From: Rhizophagus irregularis
Taxonomy: Eukaryota
Length of the DNA stretch: 64,000 nt
Direction: 5' to 3'
NCBI RefSeq assembly: GCF_026210795.1
Contig: NC_089431.1
Span: 186,001-250,000 of the forward strand
This document shows positions 39,160-52,501 of the stretch, one piece after another; the stretch's first letter is position 1; each line of letters begins with the position of its first letter. The translations under genes and the position numbers were made by a program. A model generated the notes under the pieces. It worked only from the letters and a program-made list of their open reading frames with translations, was not told the DNA's origin and made no database searches.

Positions 39160-39800
39160 CTGCAAATTTACCGCAATTCAGAATAAAATTTACTGCAAAT
39201 ATACCATAATTCAGAATAAAATTTACTGCAATTCAGACGCAATTCAGAATAAAATTAACCGCAATTCATTAAATTTTTACCGCAATTCAGAATAAATTTA
39301 CCGCAATTCAGAATAAAATTTACCGCAATTCAGAATAAAATTTACCGCAATTCAGAATAGAAAATTTACTGCAATTCAGATTAAAATTTACCGCAATTCA
39401 GATTAAAATTTATCGCAATTCAGAATAAATTTACCGCAATTCAGAATAAAATTTACCGCAATTCAGAATAGAAAATTTACTGCAATTCAGATTAAAATTT
39501 ACTGCAATTCAGATTAAAATTTACTGCAATTCAGATTAAAATTTACTGCAATTCAGAATAAAATTTACCACAATTCAGAATAGAAAATTTACCGCAATTC
39601 AGAATAGAAAATTTACTGCAATTCAGAATAGAAAATTTACTGCAATTCAGATTAAAATTTACTGCAATTCAGATTAAAATTTACTGCAATTCAGATTAAA
39701 ATTTACTGCAATTCAGATTAAAATTTACTGCAATTCAGATTAAAATTTATCGCAATTTATCAAAATTTATCATAATTCAGAATAAATTCACTGCAATTCG
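39160..39800. repeat. Right subterminal ~21-bp tandem array of the CACTA element
   Basis: aaaatttac(c/t)gcaattcaga(a/t)t repeated more than 20 times. Confidence 0.92.
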
Positions 39801-40002
39801 GTAAATTTATGAATATATTTTTTTAAACAATTCGGATCAAAAATACTAAGCAATTCAGATACAATTTGGATATTCTGATCGGCGTCGATCGGCCTGCCAA
39901 TCGGAACTTTGCCTAAATTAATAAATCGGCCATCTTTATCACCAAATTCGGCCTAAAATCGGACATCCGATTTCTAGCCGATTTGGACTATTTCGACCAG
40001 TG

Positions 40003-40436
40003 CCATTAGCGTCTAAAATTATATAAATGGCTAAATTTTTGTTAGTTGGGTGGGGAAATCTATCTATAAGTTTGTTAGTTTCATGTTTAAAACAGTATTG
40101 TGTTTCTGTTATACCTAGGATGTTGAAATTATGAGTGACGAAATAGTTGATTAAATCTGGTAATTTTGATTTGTAACCGCCTTGTATATTAATTGTACCT
40201 ATTTTCAGGTAATCTATGAAATATTGGTTATCAGTATTAACAACATGTAAATTAGTAAGATGTTCCTCATTAGGAATGTCGTTAATGTTGAAAGTATAAT
40301 CTATGGGATTTGAACCGTTATTATTTTTTTGATTTTTTTGTTTTTCTGAATTTTTTTGTGTTTTTTTAAGATTTTTTAAGGAAGAAGAAGGTTGGTTTTT
40401 GACGCCAACTGAGGTATATAAATTGGTGTATTCCAT
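40003..40436 (-). pseudogene. LINE ORF2 N-terminus (start of AP endonuclease)
   Basis: LKIGTINIQG and ILGITETQ APE motifs; joins 19568 in frame after CACTA removal. Confidence 0.9.
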
Positions 40437-40603
40437 TAAGTAAAAAAAATTTTTAATTGAAAATGTGTAAAATATTTAAAACATTATAATCAAAAAGGAT
40501 AAACCGTAGATGAGTCCGAATATATTAGAATAAGGAGGATTTTAAGTTATTAACGGGTGCTGTTAAAACTTGAAATAAGGTTCAATGGATTATAGGATCT
40601 GAC

Positions 40604-43463
40604 TAAACATGGGTATCGAAACCTCCAGAAGCATTTCCGAAAGTTTCGGGTTTTGGTATATACGAATCGAAACTTGACCCGAAACCTAAACTCTCACCGA
40701 ATCCCAAAACCATTTCCGATATCCGAAACATATCCCGATTTTCCAATTTTTCAAATTTTCTATAATATATAAATTGATCAGTTGATCACTAGACAGATTA
40801 CTGATAATCTCTTTTTCCTTCGTGTTTATTAACTTCGTACTCTGTCTTCGTTTTATAACTACAAGTCTACAACTCTCTAAGAATGTCTGATAATGGTGAT
40901 AATAGTGCACCTTCAACTTCAAAAAAAATAAAGTCCACCAATTCTGGTGGACGTCCAAAAAACCTATTTGGAGATTTTTTGAACAAGGGGATGAAGTAGA
41001 TAAGGGACATTATGCTGCAACGTGTTCAGCTTGTGGCCAAACTTTTCGACCTGGAAAGACTGCAATAATGGAAAAACATATAATTAATTGTTCAAAGGTG
41101 GACCATTCAATTCGTGAAGCTGTCATGTATATGGTAGAAACGCGTGAAATACCTTCCTTTAATCCTACAAATCCTAAACGAAAAATCACACAAGTTGAGA
41201 ATGATCAAACAACTTTGAATAATTTTTATGAAAACTCAGAATTAAGTAAAGAACGGAAGGAAGCTATTGATACAGTTCTTATCAAAGCTTTTGTATGCTG
41301 TGGTTTGCCATGGCATCTAATTGAACACCCGTTTATCATTGAACTGCTCAAGCAACTACGGCCAAATTATATTCCACCAGATCGGAAAACAATTGTTGAT
41401 ACTTTATTAACACAGGAAATTTTGCGAGTTAGTGTAAAATGTTATAAGTTACTTGATGCTGAAGATAATTTAACATTAGGTAAATTATTTATTGTAAATA
41501 TATTTTTAATTAAAGTTTGTATTAATAAAACTTTGTTATATTCTTTATAATAAGCTTTAGATGGATGGACGAGTCCATCAGGCAAATCCCTTTGGAATTT
41601 CGTCATTCATCTTAGTAATGGGAGAGATCTTCTTTGGAAGATTGGAGATTTTTCTGGCGAAAGTCATACAGCTGAATTTCTTGTACAACAAATACAATTA
41701 GTTCTTGATGATATTGGTGTTCAGAAATTCGCTGGTATTGTTATAGATGCTGGATCAAATGTACATTCTGCACGAAATTTAATATCTGAAAAATTCCCAC
41801 ACATTATTAATGTCCGATGTATAGCCCATGCATTAAACTTAATCACGAAAGATTTAATAAAACATGAATTTGCAAAACGAATAATTCAATGGTGTACAGT
41901 AATTGTTACCTATTTTAAAAAATCTCATAGACCCAAAGAATTACTAAATTTAAAAATCTTAGAAAAAAAAATAGGAGGTGGAGGATTAAAAACTTACTTG
42001 GATACACGATGGACAACAGTTTATGAAATGTTAGAATCAATTTCTCGATTAGAAATTTGTCTTAAAGAAGTTATTAATGAAAATCCTAACGTTATTACAA
42101 GTGAAGCTGTTAAAACAATTATTAATCGAAAAAGAGGATTTTTTAATGATGTTTCTGATTTGGCCAATATTATGAAACCTATTAAGGAAGCTATTCTTAC
42201 TCTTGAAAGTAATAAAGCAACACTGGCTGATTGTTATTTCTCCTTGGCATATCTTGGTCAATCAATTAATAAAATACCTGAAGATGATCACATGATTTTT
42301 CGTCAACATGCAATAAAGATTTTTAACGAACGCTTTATATTATATGACTTTGATGAATACCTTTTAGCATATTATATTCATCCTGGATATAAAGGTGTGA
42401 AACTTGACAATTGACATATAAAATTTTAAATTTATCTGATATAATATATAATACAAATTTTTTTTAAAAATTAATAGGTATTGGCGTAAAGGATGTACAT
42501 TATCGAAGAATTCAAAGTGCAGCTGCACACATTTGGCAACAAATGTTAAAAATTCCTGATATCGCTGCTCACCTTAGAGAATATAAACATTCCAAAAAAC
42601 AATCTGCAGAAACGCTTTTGTCACAAATTGGTGAATTTCATCTCCAAGCGAACCCATACAAATTACCATATGATTCTCAAACAAACACCCCTCTTAGTTG
42701 GTGGAGAATGTGTAAACCTACCCCCCTTATATACAATTACTTGCAAAAAAATTATTTTCTATTGCTCCTCATGCAGCTAACTGTGAGCGAGTTTGGTCAA
42801 TTTGTGGATGGATGACTGGAAAAAGGAGGACACGATTATCAGTAGAAAATTTAGAGGCTATGTCAAAAATCCACTCGTATTACATTACCAATAGTAAATC
42901 TGAATTAACTAATTATGGTAAAGATCGAACAACTGATGAAATTTGTGCCACTTTAAACAATGCTCGTCGTCATATTGAAGAATATGAAATTGAAGAATAT
43001 GATGAGAAGCAAATGGAAGAAATGATCATGGCACGTTCATCTGATGATGATGATGAACAAATTCCGCTTCAAGAATTAGAGATTTCAAAAGTACTTGATT
43101 TGGAATTAATGTTTGGAAATAAACTAGCGATGAATAAACAATTGGAAATTGATGATGAGCTTAATAAGTTTATTCAAGAATTGGATAAGGAAGAAGATTT
43201 TGATCCAGATTCATTAGTTCAAAATTTTGTTAATAATTAGTTAATTTGTATTTTGATTAATATAATTGATACTTGATAATAATGTAATGAAATTAATATA
43301 ATAAACTTATAAAACAATAAAATAATTTTTGATATATTTCGGTATATAAGTTTCGGAATCGGGATTCGGGATTCAGAAAAATAAATGCATTTCCGAAACT
43401 ATGTTTCGTATATATCGAAACCTAAAGAGTTTCGGGAGGTTTCGGTTTCGATACCCATGTTTA
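40604..43463 (+). mobile_element. hAT DNA transposon inserted near the end of LINE ORF1
   Basis: 20-bp TIR TAAACATGGGTATCGAAACC / GGTTTCGATACCCATGTTTA; 8-bp TSD GATCTGAC (40596-40603, 43464-43471); CCGAAA/TTTCGG subterminal motifs. Confidence 0.96.
40883..43240 (+). pseudogene. hAT transposase (BED finger, DUF659-like region, dimerization region), 3 exons, 2 homopolymer frameshifts
   Basis: IWRFF..CSAC..MEKH..C; LALDGWTS; RCIAHALNL; DTRWTT; PLSWW; AANCERVWS. Introns ~41480-41554 and ~42395-42477; frameshifts in the A-run at ~40960 and the C-run at ~42722. Confidence 0.88.
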
Positions 43464-45844
43464 GATCTGACTGTGAAGTTGTTATCATGGGGTGGTATAT
43501 TCTCGTGTCGTGTGATGATGTCTTTGAAGACAGCTCCATCCGACATAATGGATTCTTCTGGAACATCTGTATCTTCTTCGGTGGCGGGGCAGGTTTCACT
43601 CTCTTCCGCCGATGTTCTTGATTGTTTATTGCCTCTCAGGTTATATTTTAATTTTGTGGCCTCATAAGAGGTCTTTTCGTAGGGCGTGTTTCTCTTTGAT
43701 GGTTTATGGGGACGCGGTGGAAGTGATGAAGAGGCTGATGCTATTTCTTTTTGGCTCAATAAGGTGATATTAGTGGAGAGTTGTTTAATGATTGTGTCGT
43801 ATTTCTCGAGTCTTGCTGTTACTTCTATAAGTGAGGAGTCGAGAACGTTGTAATTTTGTTGTAAATGTGATAGTTTTTTATCCGTATTTAAGTTAGCGTC
43901 TTCTAGTGATTTGATGGTTTGTAGGAGGGTTTGGACTTGTTTTTCGAGTTAAGTGATTCTTTTGCTTGAGGAATCATCTTGTGGATTGTAATGAATGTTT
44001 GGGTGAGGGATAGTGTGTTTGTTATTGTTATTGTGATTATCGTCAGTATCAGGGTGATTAGAATTGCGCTGGAGTCTATTATGGCGAGGATATAGTAAAC
44101 TACCAGAGCGTGGAGTTGTGTTTTGATCTGTAGATTGTGGTCGTGTATAGTCATTATGTGGGGACTTTGATTGTTGATTTTTTTTGTTGGAGTTGAGAGT
44201 AATGATATGGTTGTATCTATTCTTATGTGTTTCGTTAATTGTGATTTTTTCTTCTTTTCGGTCAATAAATCTTTTATTAAAGAATTTTCGGTTATTGTTA
44301 TCTGTTCTGAAATTTTTGTCATCACATGCGTTAGTAGCGTGTAGCGGTGATCCGCAGATGTTGCATGTTTTACCAGCCAAATGTCCTGGCATGGTATAAA
44401 TTTTGTGTCCTTCGAAATCTAGGGATGCTCCACCTGTCGCATCCTCTGGATAGTTGTCTGGAGAGACGTAAACGTATGCGTTTTTCATGGTTGACGATTT
44501 AGTGGTTTGTGTGAAGGTACAGGTGCGTCCATAAATATGTTTAATAAGAGGGTTTAAATCCATATGGGTCGTATTAAGTGGTAGTCCAGTAATTTTATAA
44601 TATTTGCTGGTGCGCTTTTTGAATTCTGCGTCATTTTGGTTTCCTGGAAGAATTCTTATCACGAAATTTTCTATTTCTAGGCACCAGTAATTTTCTTTCA
44701 TGAAGTAGTCATATGCTGATTTTTTGTCAAATTGTACAATAAGTTGTTTGTATGCAGGTTTAATTAAAAAAAGGCGTCCATGATTATTTCGGTTAGGTAT
44801 TTTTCTTGGGGGTTTTTTGATTTCTTTGTGATCAATGACATTGCTATTGGTTTTGAGCGCGAGGTGTTTGATAAGCATGGATGTGTCATAATTGTATGGT
44901 ATATCCATAATTTTAATGACAGCCTGATCCATAGTTGAAAGTTTTCTTTCGATTAAAACATTAATTGCAGTGTTGGTAAGTTCGTAAATTTTAATGGGTT
45001 TAAGGTTTTCTGGACTGTTCTCAATGTATTGATTGAGTGAGTCACGTGTTTTAAAGAAAATAGTGAAATATCTATAAGTGGAGGTTGTGTTGACTTCAAA
45101 TTTGTAAGCATTGCTGTCATTTAAAAATGACGTTTTTAGTAGGTTGATGATTTCGTTGTTTGTGAGATTGGGTTTAAAACTGTCTCTAGGAATAAATCCT
45201 TTGTGTGCTTTGTAACTGACTTGTGTTGTATTGTTGAAAATATCATTGAGCACGGTGATTTCTATACTTTTTGGGGGATTTGTTTGTGTGGCTGTTTGTA
45301 CTTCAGGAGATTTTCCTTTATTTGTATTGATTTCTTTGGGATCTTCATCCATAAAAGTCAAATTTTCAGTGATTGGTGTTTGCGTGTGAATATCATTTTC
45401 TTGTGAGTCACGTGATGTAATTTCAAGTTCGCTATGCGAGAGAATATGGGTGGGAGAGGTAGACGATGCCTCTTCCATAGTCATGTCCGTTATAGTATTG
45501 TTGGCAGCACAAATAGGACTTGGAGATTGACTGGGGGTCATATTGTTTCGTTTGTTAGGAGACGAGTATGTGAGATATATGTCTTCGTCGTTAGTAACTG
45601 GGCGGTAAGATTTTTCTAAATTTTTTAAAAATTTTTTTGAAAATTTTTTTCCTATAGCAAAACTCATATGATAATGTTCCGAGGAGAACGTAGAGACCAA
45701 AATTGGTGAAAAAATCGACACTTGTCTATAAAGAAATGTGTTTTTAGTGAAAAATTTCTTCTGTGAATTTTTGGTATTTAACGATCGTCGGAAAGAGTTT
45801 TTTATTTTTTTTTCAAACAAGAGGATTTTTCTAATATTGTTCAT
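43464..45844 (-). pseudogene. LINE ORF1 (gag-like, CCHC knuckle, coiled coil); premature stop at 43949, last codons at 40603-40550
   Basis: CNICGSPLHATNAC (CX2CX4HX4C); frame stays open past the TAA into LEKQVQTLLQTIKSLE; hAT removal gives NFTVRSYNPLNLISSFNSTR*. Confidence 0.82.
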
Positions 45845-47229
45845 CCAATCTCTTACGATCTTTGATTATCACGAGAAATATTGTGTAGGTCCTGATATAC
45901 GAGTCCCTAATATAAAAGCGCGATCATAATAACGCATTTGGTAAGCAAAACTGACATTGTGAATAGTCAAAAAAAAAAATTTTTTAAACAAAATTTTGTA
46001 AAACACTATAAAGAGAAATCTAAGTCAAAAGTCAATGCTTTGTAAGAGTTAATGAAATGATGAATATTAATTGTTTTTTTTTTAGTGTCGTGCAATCCCC
46101 GAAAGGACACCCACCTCATTTCGAATGATCCCTCCAACTTAAACTAAACCGCAGTAAAACTTATCTAATGTTTGATCAGTATTTACACCCATTTCAGATA
46201 TTACACCAATTACGACTAGTGGAAAATTATGGAAATTACTTAAAACTTTATCGTACGATCTTACAACCACTATTACGGCGGCCAACACTACAAACAAATC
46301 ATATTCTAAGGAAATTGCATACCAAAATGATTAGTTTAGAATTTATTAATTTATTTAAATTTCCTTATCATATTTGTTTTTATGTTAAAAATTACACTTA
46401 ATTTAAAGTAACTATTTTTCCTTTAATTTAATCGTATTTAAAACCACCAACGAATCATGTTAAAAGTTTTTAAATGCAATTAATTAATAAAAAAAATGCT
46501 CCCTTCATAATTCCAGCTAAAAGGTCTACCTTTTTGCTGAAACCTTATCTTTTTGAGTATCCGCCATTAAAGAATTATGCAACGGTTTATCGATTATTTA
46601 AACCCTTCTAGATTAAATCTAATCAAATATCATAAAATGTTTATTACACATAATTATTGACTTTACGTAATGATCATATTGGTTTCATTCGTTAAGCATT
46701 TGCGACTAGTAGCAATGCGGATTACTATAATAAAAATAGTCATAAGCGGCAGTAAAGATAATAATTATATAATCAAAATTAATAAAGTTTTGAATTTCAC
46801 TTTATTTTAACTTACTCAAATCTCTGTTTCCGCCATATAAAAGTTTTTAAGTAGAGACTTATAAACGAATAAATCAAAACCAATTTACCATTTCGTCAAA
46901 ATATTTTTCCCATTATTTTGTGCAATATATTTCACGTGAATACTGCGCATTGGAGATTAATTATATTCTGATCGTCCAAAAAATCTGCTACTGCGGATAC
47001 GATTGCAGTTTCTGTTTCATGAAAGAAAACATCGGGGAATTTTTTAGAGATCATTTAAATCGATGATCAACGAATTACGATAATTATCTGTGGTTAAATG
47101 CAGACAATTTACTATATTGATAATTATCAATAATAATCTCAAAATTAAATAAGTTAAATGTAGACAATTTGCAATATTGATAATTATCGTAATTAATTAT
47201 CATGTTAATTAACGACATTGATAATTATC

Positions 47230-47627
47230 AGGACTGGGAAAACTTATAATAAAGGTCACCGGACAATAGTAAAATGATGGTTTTGCCCAAATTAATAAAA
47301 ATTTTTCTTAAGTAATTAAACTAAAAATCTAACAAATCATACAGAAATGTCTGAAAAATAAAATGAATCATAAATTATTCTTTTAATATCAATATTAACT
47401 GAGATCATTGAATTTTCTGAAAAAAATTTTATAATAACGCGAACCACTTTTAAATATATAAAAATCTAAATTGAGTGTATAAATCATGCATTTAACTCTA
47501 AACTTAAACAGATAAGTTTAATCCACACATTTTGGCTTCATTAAAAATTGTATATATAAAAAATTCAATGGATTTTACTAGTGTGCCGGGTACTACAGTG
47601 ACCTCCATTATAGGTTTTCCCGGTCCT
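47230..47627. mobile_element. MITE with 8-bp TSD nested in the left arm of the 47030-50194 element
   Basis: Imperfect ~30-bp TIR AGGACTGGGAAAACTTATAATAAAGGTCAC / GTGACCTCCATTATAGGTTTTCCCGGTCCT; TSD TAATTATC (47222-47229, 47628-47635). Confidence 0.82.
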
Positions 47628-48354
47628 TAATTATCATCATGAGATAAAATTTCGATAAAGTGATAATTATCGATATTCATCCCGTAAAAAATTTCCCCCA
47701 AAAAATTAAAATATGATTGTCAAGATCTTAGACTAGAATCGAACTAGCCAAAGCATAGACATGCTTTCCACCAGGATAAGATTTTAAAAAAATTCTGTTT
47801 GCTTAATCTTTTAAACACATAGGAGAAAGAAGAGAAACAGAAAAAGAAGAGAAACACCTTAAAATATGGAAGAACTCTAGAGCTATGACCTCAAACACCA
47901 ATCGGCAAACTCAGAGGGATGCTATGGCTGACCAGCCGGAAGACAGGGGCATATACTATGGGTTTATCACGTTTCCAATAAACCAAGGTCGTCTACAGTC
48001 ACATTATGTATATTATACTATACAATGGTCTAGAAAGTTCAACCATCTTCATTATACTGGTGACCAGATGTAAAACCTAGACATCACCAGAAATAATGGG
48101 CGTTTTTACTAATAAAACTGCAAAACAAACTCCTTTTGTACGAGAGAGATACCTCGTTACGCGTGACGACCAGATGTAAAACCTAGACATCGTCAGGAAA
48201 TGGGCGTTTTTACTAATAAAACTGCAAAACAAACTCTTTTTGTACGAGAGAGATACCTCGTTATAAAAAAAATATCTACTGTATATAAGACGTCATTATA
48301 AAACAACGTTATAAAAAAACGTCATTATAAAACGTTGTAAAAACGTCATTATAA

Positions 48355-48790
48355 GAAAAAAAGAGAGAGAGATTAAAAAACGAGAGAGATATTATAAAAA
48401 AACGAGAGAGATATTATAAAAAAACGAGAGAGATATTATAAAAAAACGAGAGAGATATTATAAAAAAACGAGAGAGATATTATAAAAAAACGAGAGAGAT
48501 ATTATAAAAAAACGAGAGAGATATTATAAAAAAACGAGAGAGATATTATAAAAAAACGAGAGAGATATTATAAAAAAACGAGAGAGATATTATAAAAAAA
48601 CGAGAGAGATATTATAAAAAAACGAGAGAGATATTATAAAGAAAATACGAGAGAGATATTAAAAAACGCGAGAGATATTATGAAAAAAATGCGAGAGAGA
48701 TGTTATAAAAAAAACGAGAAAGATATTATAAAGAGAGAGATATTATAGAGAGATATTATAAAAAAAAAATGAGAGATATCTCGTTATAAA
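48355..48790. repeat. 22-bp minisatellite AAAAAAACGAGAGAGATATTAT, preceded by a ~106-bp direct duplication (48062-48265)
   Basis: About 12 perfect copies plus degenerate flanks; gaccagatgtaaaacctagacatc at 48062 and 48168. Confidence 0.92.
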
Positions 48791-49239
48791 AAAAAAAATT
48801 CCAAAATGTGGTTTATTTATAGAAAAAAATAATCAGTGGGTATACACAAAATTACGTAACTATTACAAAAAGTTATTCAAAATATGAGTAACTCAGAGAT
48901 GTATCGCGCAATTTATCAATATCAGTGACTAATAATATATTGATCTAGACCTAGCACTTTTAAACGGAGATGTCTCAATAAATAATTATAGGAGTAAAAT
49001 CAGTACACATATTCGATATACCGATATTCGATATACCGATTATCTCTAGAAACCGCTTCTATCTTTACTTCGTATAATTCTTTACAATTTAATCAGTAAA
49101 AATTAATGAACTCCAGCCAACTCTTTGAATAGGAGCAAGTCTATGGCCTACCATTCTAAAATATCATACGAATTACTGCACGTTTTTTATCTTTTTTTGT
49201 AAAAAAGGGATACGTGTACGTCGAAACGGTAAATTTCGA

Positions 49240-49800
49240 ACAGTAAGTTTCGCGTTGCAAAACTTTGAATATTTTTTTATTATTGTTTTTAAGAAACGCA
49301 TTTAGTTTCGGTAAGTTTCGCAACTATTTTAGTTGCGAAACTTTATATTTTGGTTTTTATTAATAGAAACGTTTTTAACGTTTCGTTTATTATTTTTTTT
49401 TACAGGTATCGATTATAAACGTTAGAGTTTTAAAACGAGTAAGTTTCGTTACAAAACTTATGAAACTTACCCTTTTCTTTTGTTTTTTAAATGAAACACG
49501 TATTTACGTTTCTTTTTTTTTATAATTTTTTTGTAGGTCTCAGATCGATCTTGAGATTAGAAACGGTAAGTTTCTTTGCGAAATTTACCGTTTCTTTTTT
49601 GTTTTTTTTTTAATGTAAACGTTTATTAACGTTTATTCTTCTATTTTGTAGGCTCCATGATTTTAGGGTTCAGATACTAGAGATGAGTAAGTTTCACAAC
49701 TTTTATTGCGAAACTTACGTTTTTTATTTAAAACATTATTTAACGTTTTTTTATTTCTTATTTGTAGGCTTCAGATGTTTGAATTTGGAATATTGAAGAC
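49240..49800 (+). other. Array of intron-like units with hairpin-forming 5' splice sites separated by 29-35-nt unique micro-exons
   Basis: Putative introns 49311-49405, 49439-49536, 49566-49651, 49687-49767; each starts GTAAGTTTC and contains GAAA(C/T)TT(AC) within ~35 nt; each ends in a T-tract plus YAG. Confidence 0.7.
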
Positions 49801-50591
49801 GAAACCTGAACTAATTTTTTTTTTATTTCATTAGGAATTGTTTATTTTTTCTTAGAGTCTAAGTTTGTAGGACTCTGGAGTTTCGGAAATGGAAAAACAT
49901 CAGAGTAATTAATTTAAATAATGTATTTATTAATTATTATTGAATAAATAACTAATTAATCTAACAATATTTAACAAATGAATAATTTAACGTTATCTAA
50001 CAATAAAGTAACATAACACTATTTAACAATAAATAATTTAACGATTTTTTTGACTATAATAATTATCGTAATTTAACGATACTGATAATTATTGTCAATA
50101 TAACCTAATTTATCCACATCAGTATATCTTGACGAGTCCGATATATATCAGTGACATTTTCATCGATATATATCCCTTAAAAAATTTCCCGATGAATATA
50201 TGATTTTTTTTAACCCGCCTCGAAAATAATTTTAGATGGATCAATTAAAGTCTTAAATAACTTTAAAATAAAAAAAATTTTTTTTATTTATGATAAAAAC
50301 TTATTTAGATAAAAAAAAAAGTTAATAATAAATATAAAAATATATAACTTATAAATATAAAGAATCAATTTTAAGCTTTCTTAATGATTAATAGACAAGC
50401 TAACCTAAGATTTTTTTATCATAATTTTTTATCATGATATCAGAATGACATTTGTCAAGCATTCACCATAAAAATTTCCACTAAAGATATAAAAAAAGTA
50501 AATAAAAATATGAACTAAAGTTAAATAAAAAATTATAAATATTATCTTTTTAAATAATATTCTGATTATTTCCGAAAAAAACTATTATAAT

Positions 50592-52501
50592 TTAGGTCTC
50601 ATCATTCAAATTATCTTCTTGAATAATTTCATTGAGATCTATTATTAGAAATATTAATTAAATAAAATTAGGCGAATTAAACGAGAAACTCTTAATAAAA
50701 TAATAAATCACTACAAATAAATTATTTTACCTGATTCGCTAAGTTGAACATCTAAGCATTCTGAAACTATAAAATAAATAATAAAATAATGTTAAAATAA
50801 AAATATGAATTTATAATACAAACAGTATTAATCATTATACTTACTTAGATTTGTTGATATTGATGGGACATCGTCTATTATTAAAAAAATATTGGATATT
50901 GTTAAAACTTGAATAAGATTTTTTCATAATTAAAATTGAAGATTCACCTGAATTAACTTGGAAAGATGTTAAATCTGATGAGTTTATAGGTTCTGGAAGA
51001 TTTTTAAAACTTAAAAGTCTACTGGTATAGATTGCTTGAGGATGAGTTTTAATACTTTCAGACTTATTTTCATTTGATCTGCTTTTAAATTTTTTTTCTC
51101 TAATTTTTTTATATTCATTCATCTGAGAATAAATTTCATCATCATCGTATTGTGTTTCATTCCATTTATTTAATATTTGATACAATTCTTTAGCAGATGG
51201 TCTATTTTCTGCTTTAGCATCCCAACATTTCATAATTAAATCTACAAGAAATTTTGGAATATGTTCAGAAATTTTTGGTCTAAGTCCTTTACATATTTTA
51301 ATAGCTAAAATATGATCATGAGAAATATCATTAAAAGGAATTTCTTCAGAAAGGTACTCATTCATAATTATTCCAAATGAATAAATATCAGCTGCTTTTG
51401 TATATTGATATCCACGTAAAACTTCTGGTGCCATATAAGGTAATACTCCATAAACTCCTATTTTTTCTGATTTCTCTTCATTATTTGCTGGTTGACACAT
51501 TCCTAAATCACTTATATACATACCCCCACCGTGCAATATATTACCTGAATGAAAGTCTTTATGGACTTTTCCAGCATTATGGATATCTAACAGTCCATTT
51601 GCAATATTTGATAATCTATAAAGTTTTATATTATCATCATATTCATTTAAATAGAAATTTCTTAAATTTCCATTTTTACAATAATGTAAAACCATCATAT
51701 AAACTTTGGTATTTGGATCTTGAGTTATTCCATAGCAGTAAATAACACTTCGAATATAAATCTGAAGATAAGATTTGATCTAATAATTAAAATTTTTTTT
51801 AAAAAAACAAATTTTAATAAAAATTATAATGTCGATTTAAATATAACATGATAAATTAATTTTTTATTTAGTTACCTCATCTAAAAAACCAGTACTGATT
51901 TCAGAAGAATTATCCAAACTTTTTAATGCAACTTTTCGACCTATGCCTCGCTTCCATTTTTGATTTTCAATGTCCCAACGAACAATGCGTCCATTAGGCC
52001 ATTCGGCTGAATAAATTTTACCAAAGCCTCCTCTGGTAATATAAGTGACATTTTGTAATTTTTCAAAAGGTATCCATTCAAGACATTTTGTACAATGTAC
52101 AGCATTAAGTTGTGAATGTTGTATAAATTCATCAATGTCTTTATTTCCACTAGTCCAATTTTTAAAATTTTCTTCAAATCTTTTTGCATTACAAGATTGA
52201 CACCAATTTTCTCCTGTGCCAGGTTCATTACATTCTCCACATATACCATATACTTCTTTTCTTTTTTCTATATCGTCCATATAAATTACTCTATCATCAA
52301 TCTCTTCTGATTTAGTGGCAGAATTAATAGAAGAAACAGTAACATGATTCTAAATAAATGATTAAAATATATTTTATTTATTATTTAAATCATAATATTT
52401 AAATTATAAAGTGAAATTGCATTTACCTGATATTTATCCCAATCAAAAGTTTTCCATAAATTTCTTGGTTTTTCTTTGGATGTTTTATTCAAAATTTCCA
52501 T
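50592..52501 (-). CDS. Multi-exon TKL-like protein kinase, apparently intact paralog of kinase 1
   Basis: Exons 52501-52427, 52349-51876, 51779-50948, then three small exons to TAA at 50594-50592. Motifs GGFGKIY, VALK, HKDFHSGNIL, SDLG, YMAPE, DIYSFG, HPQAIYTSRLL; intron positions match kinase 1. Confidence 0.93.

Larger units (their letters stand above)
19569..40002. mobile_element. CACTA/EnSpm (CMC) DNA transposon with CACTG ends
   Basis: 13-bp TIR CACTGGTCGAAAT / ATTTCGACCAGTG; 3-bp TSD CCA (19566-19568, 40003-40005); removal restores LINE ORF2 ILDANGDNKGSGVG; subterminal repeat arrays at both ends. Confidence 0.95.
13858..46140 (-). mobile_element. Near-full-length LINE (ORF1 + APE-RT-RNase H ORF2), split by CACTA and hAT insertions
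   Basis: (TAAAA)n-like 3' tail at ~13858-13885; ORF2 pieces 40436-40003 and 19568-~14100; ORF1 pieces 45844-43464 and 40603-40550. 5' boundary approximate; no TSD found. Confidence 0.88.
47030..50194. mobile_element. Probable non-autonomous TIR element (~3.2 kb) with GATAATTATC subterminal motifs
   Basis: Left end CATCGGGGAATTTTTTAGAGA vs right end TCCCTTAAAAAATTTCCCGATG; GATAATTAT(C) palindromes clustered near both ends; possible AA TSD; a similar internal end at ~47680-47699. Confidence 0.6.

Noticed and set aside
46081..46140. Self-cleaving (HDV-like or hammerhead) ribozyme at the LINE 5' end
   Set aside because: A GC-rich hairpin-capable patch (GTGTC...GACAC) is present, but I could not fit the HDV pseudoknot or hammerhead core by eye. 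An Infernal/RNArobo scan would decide.
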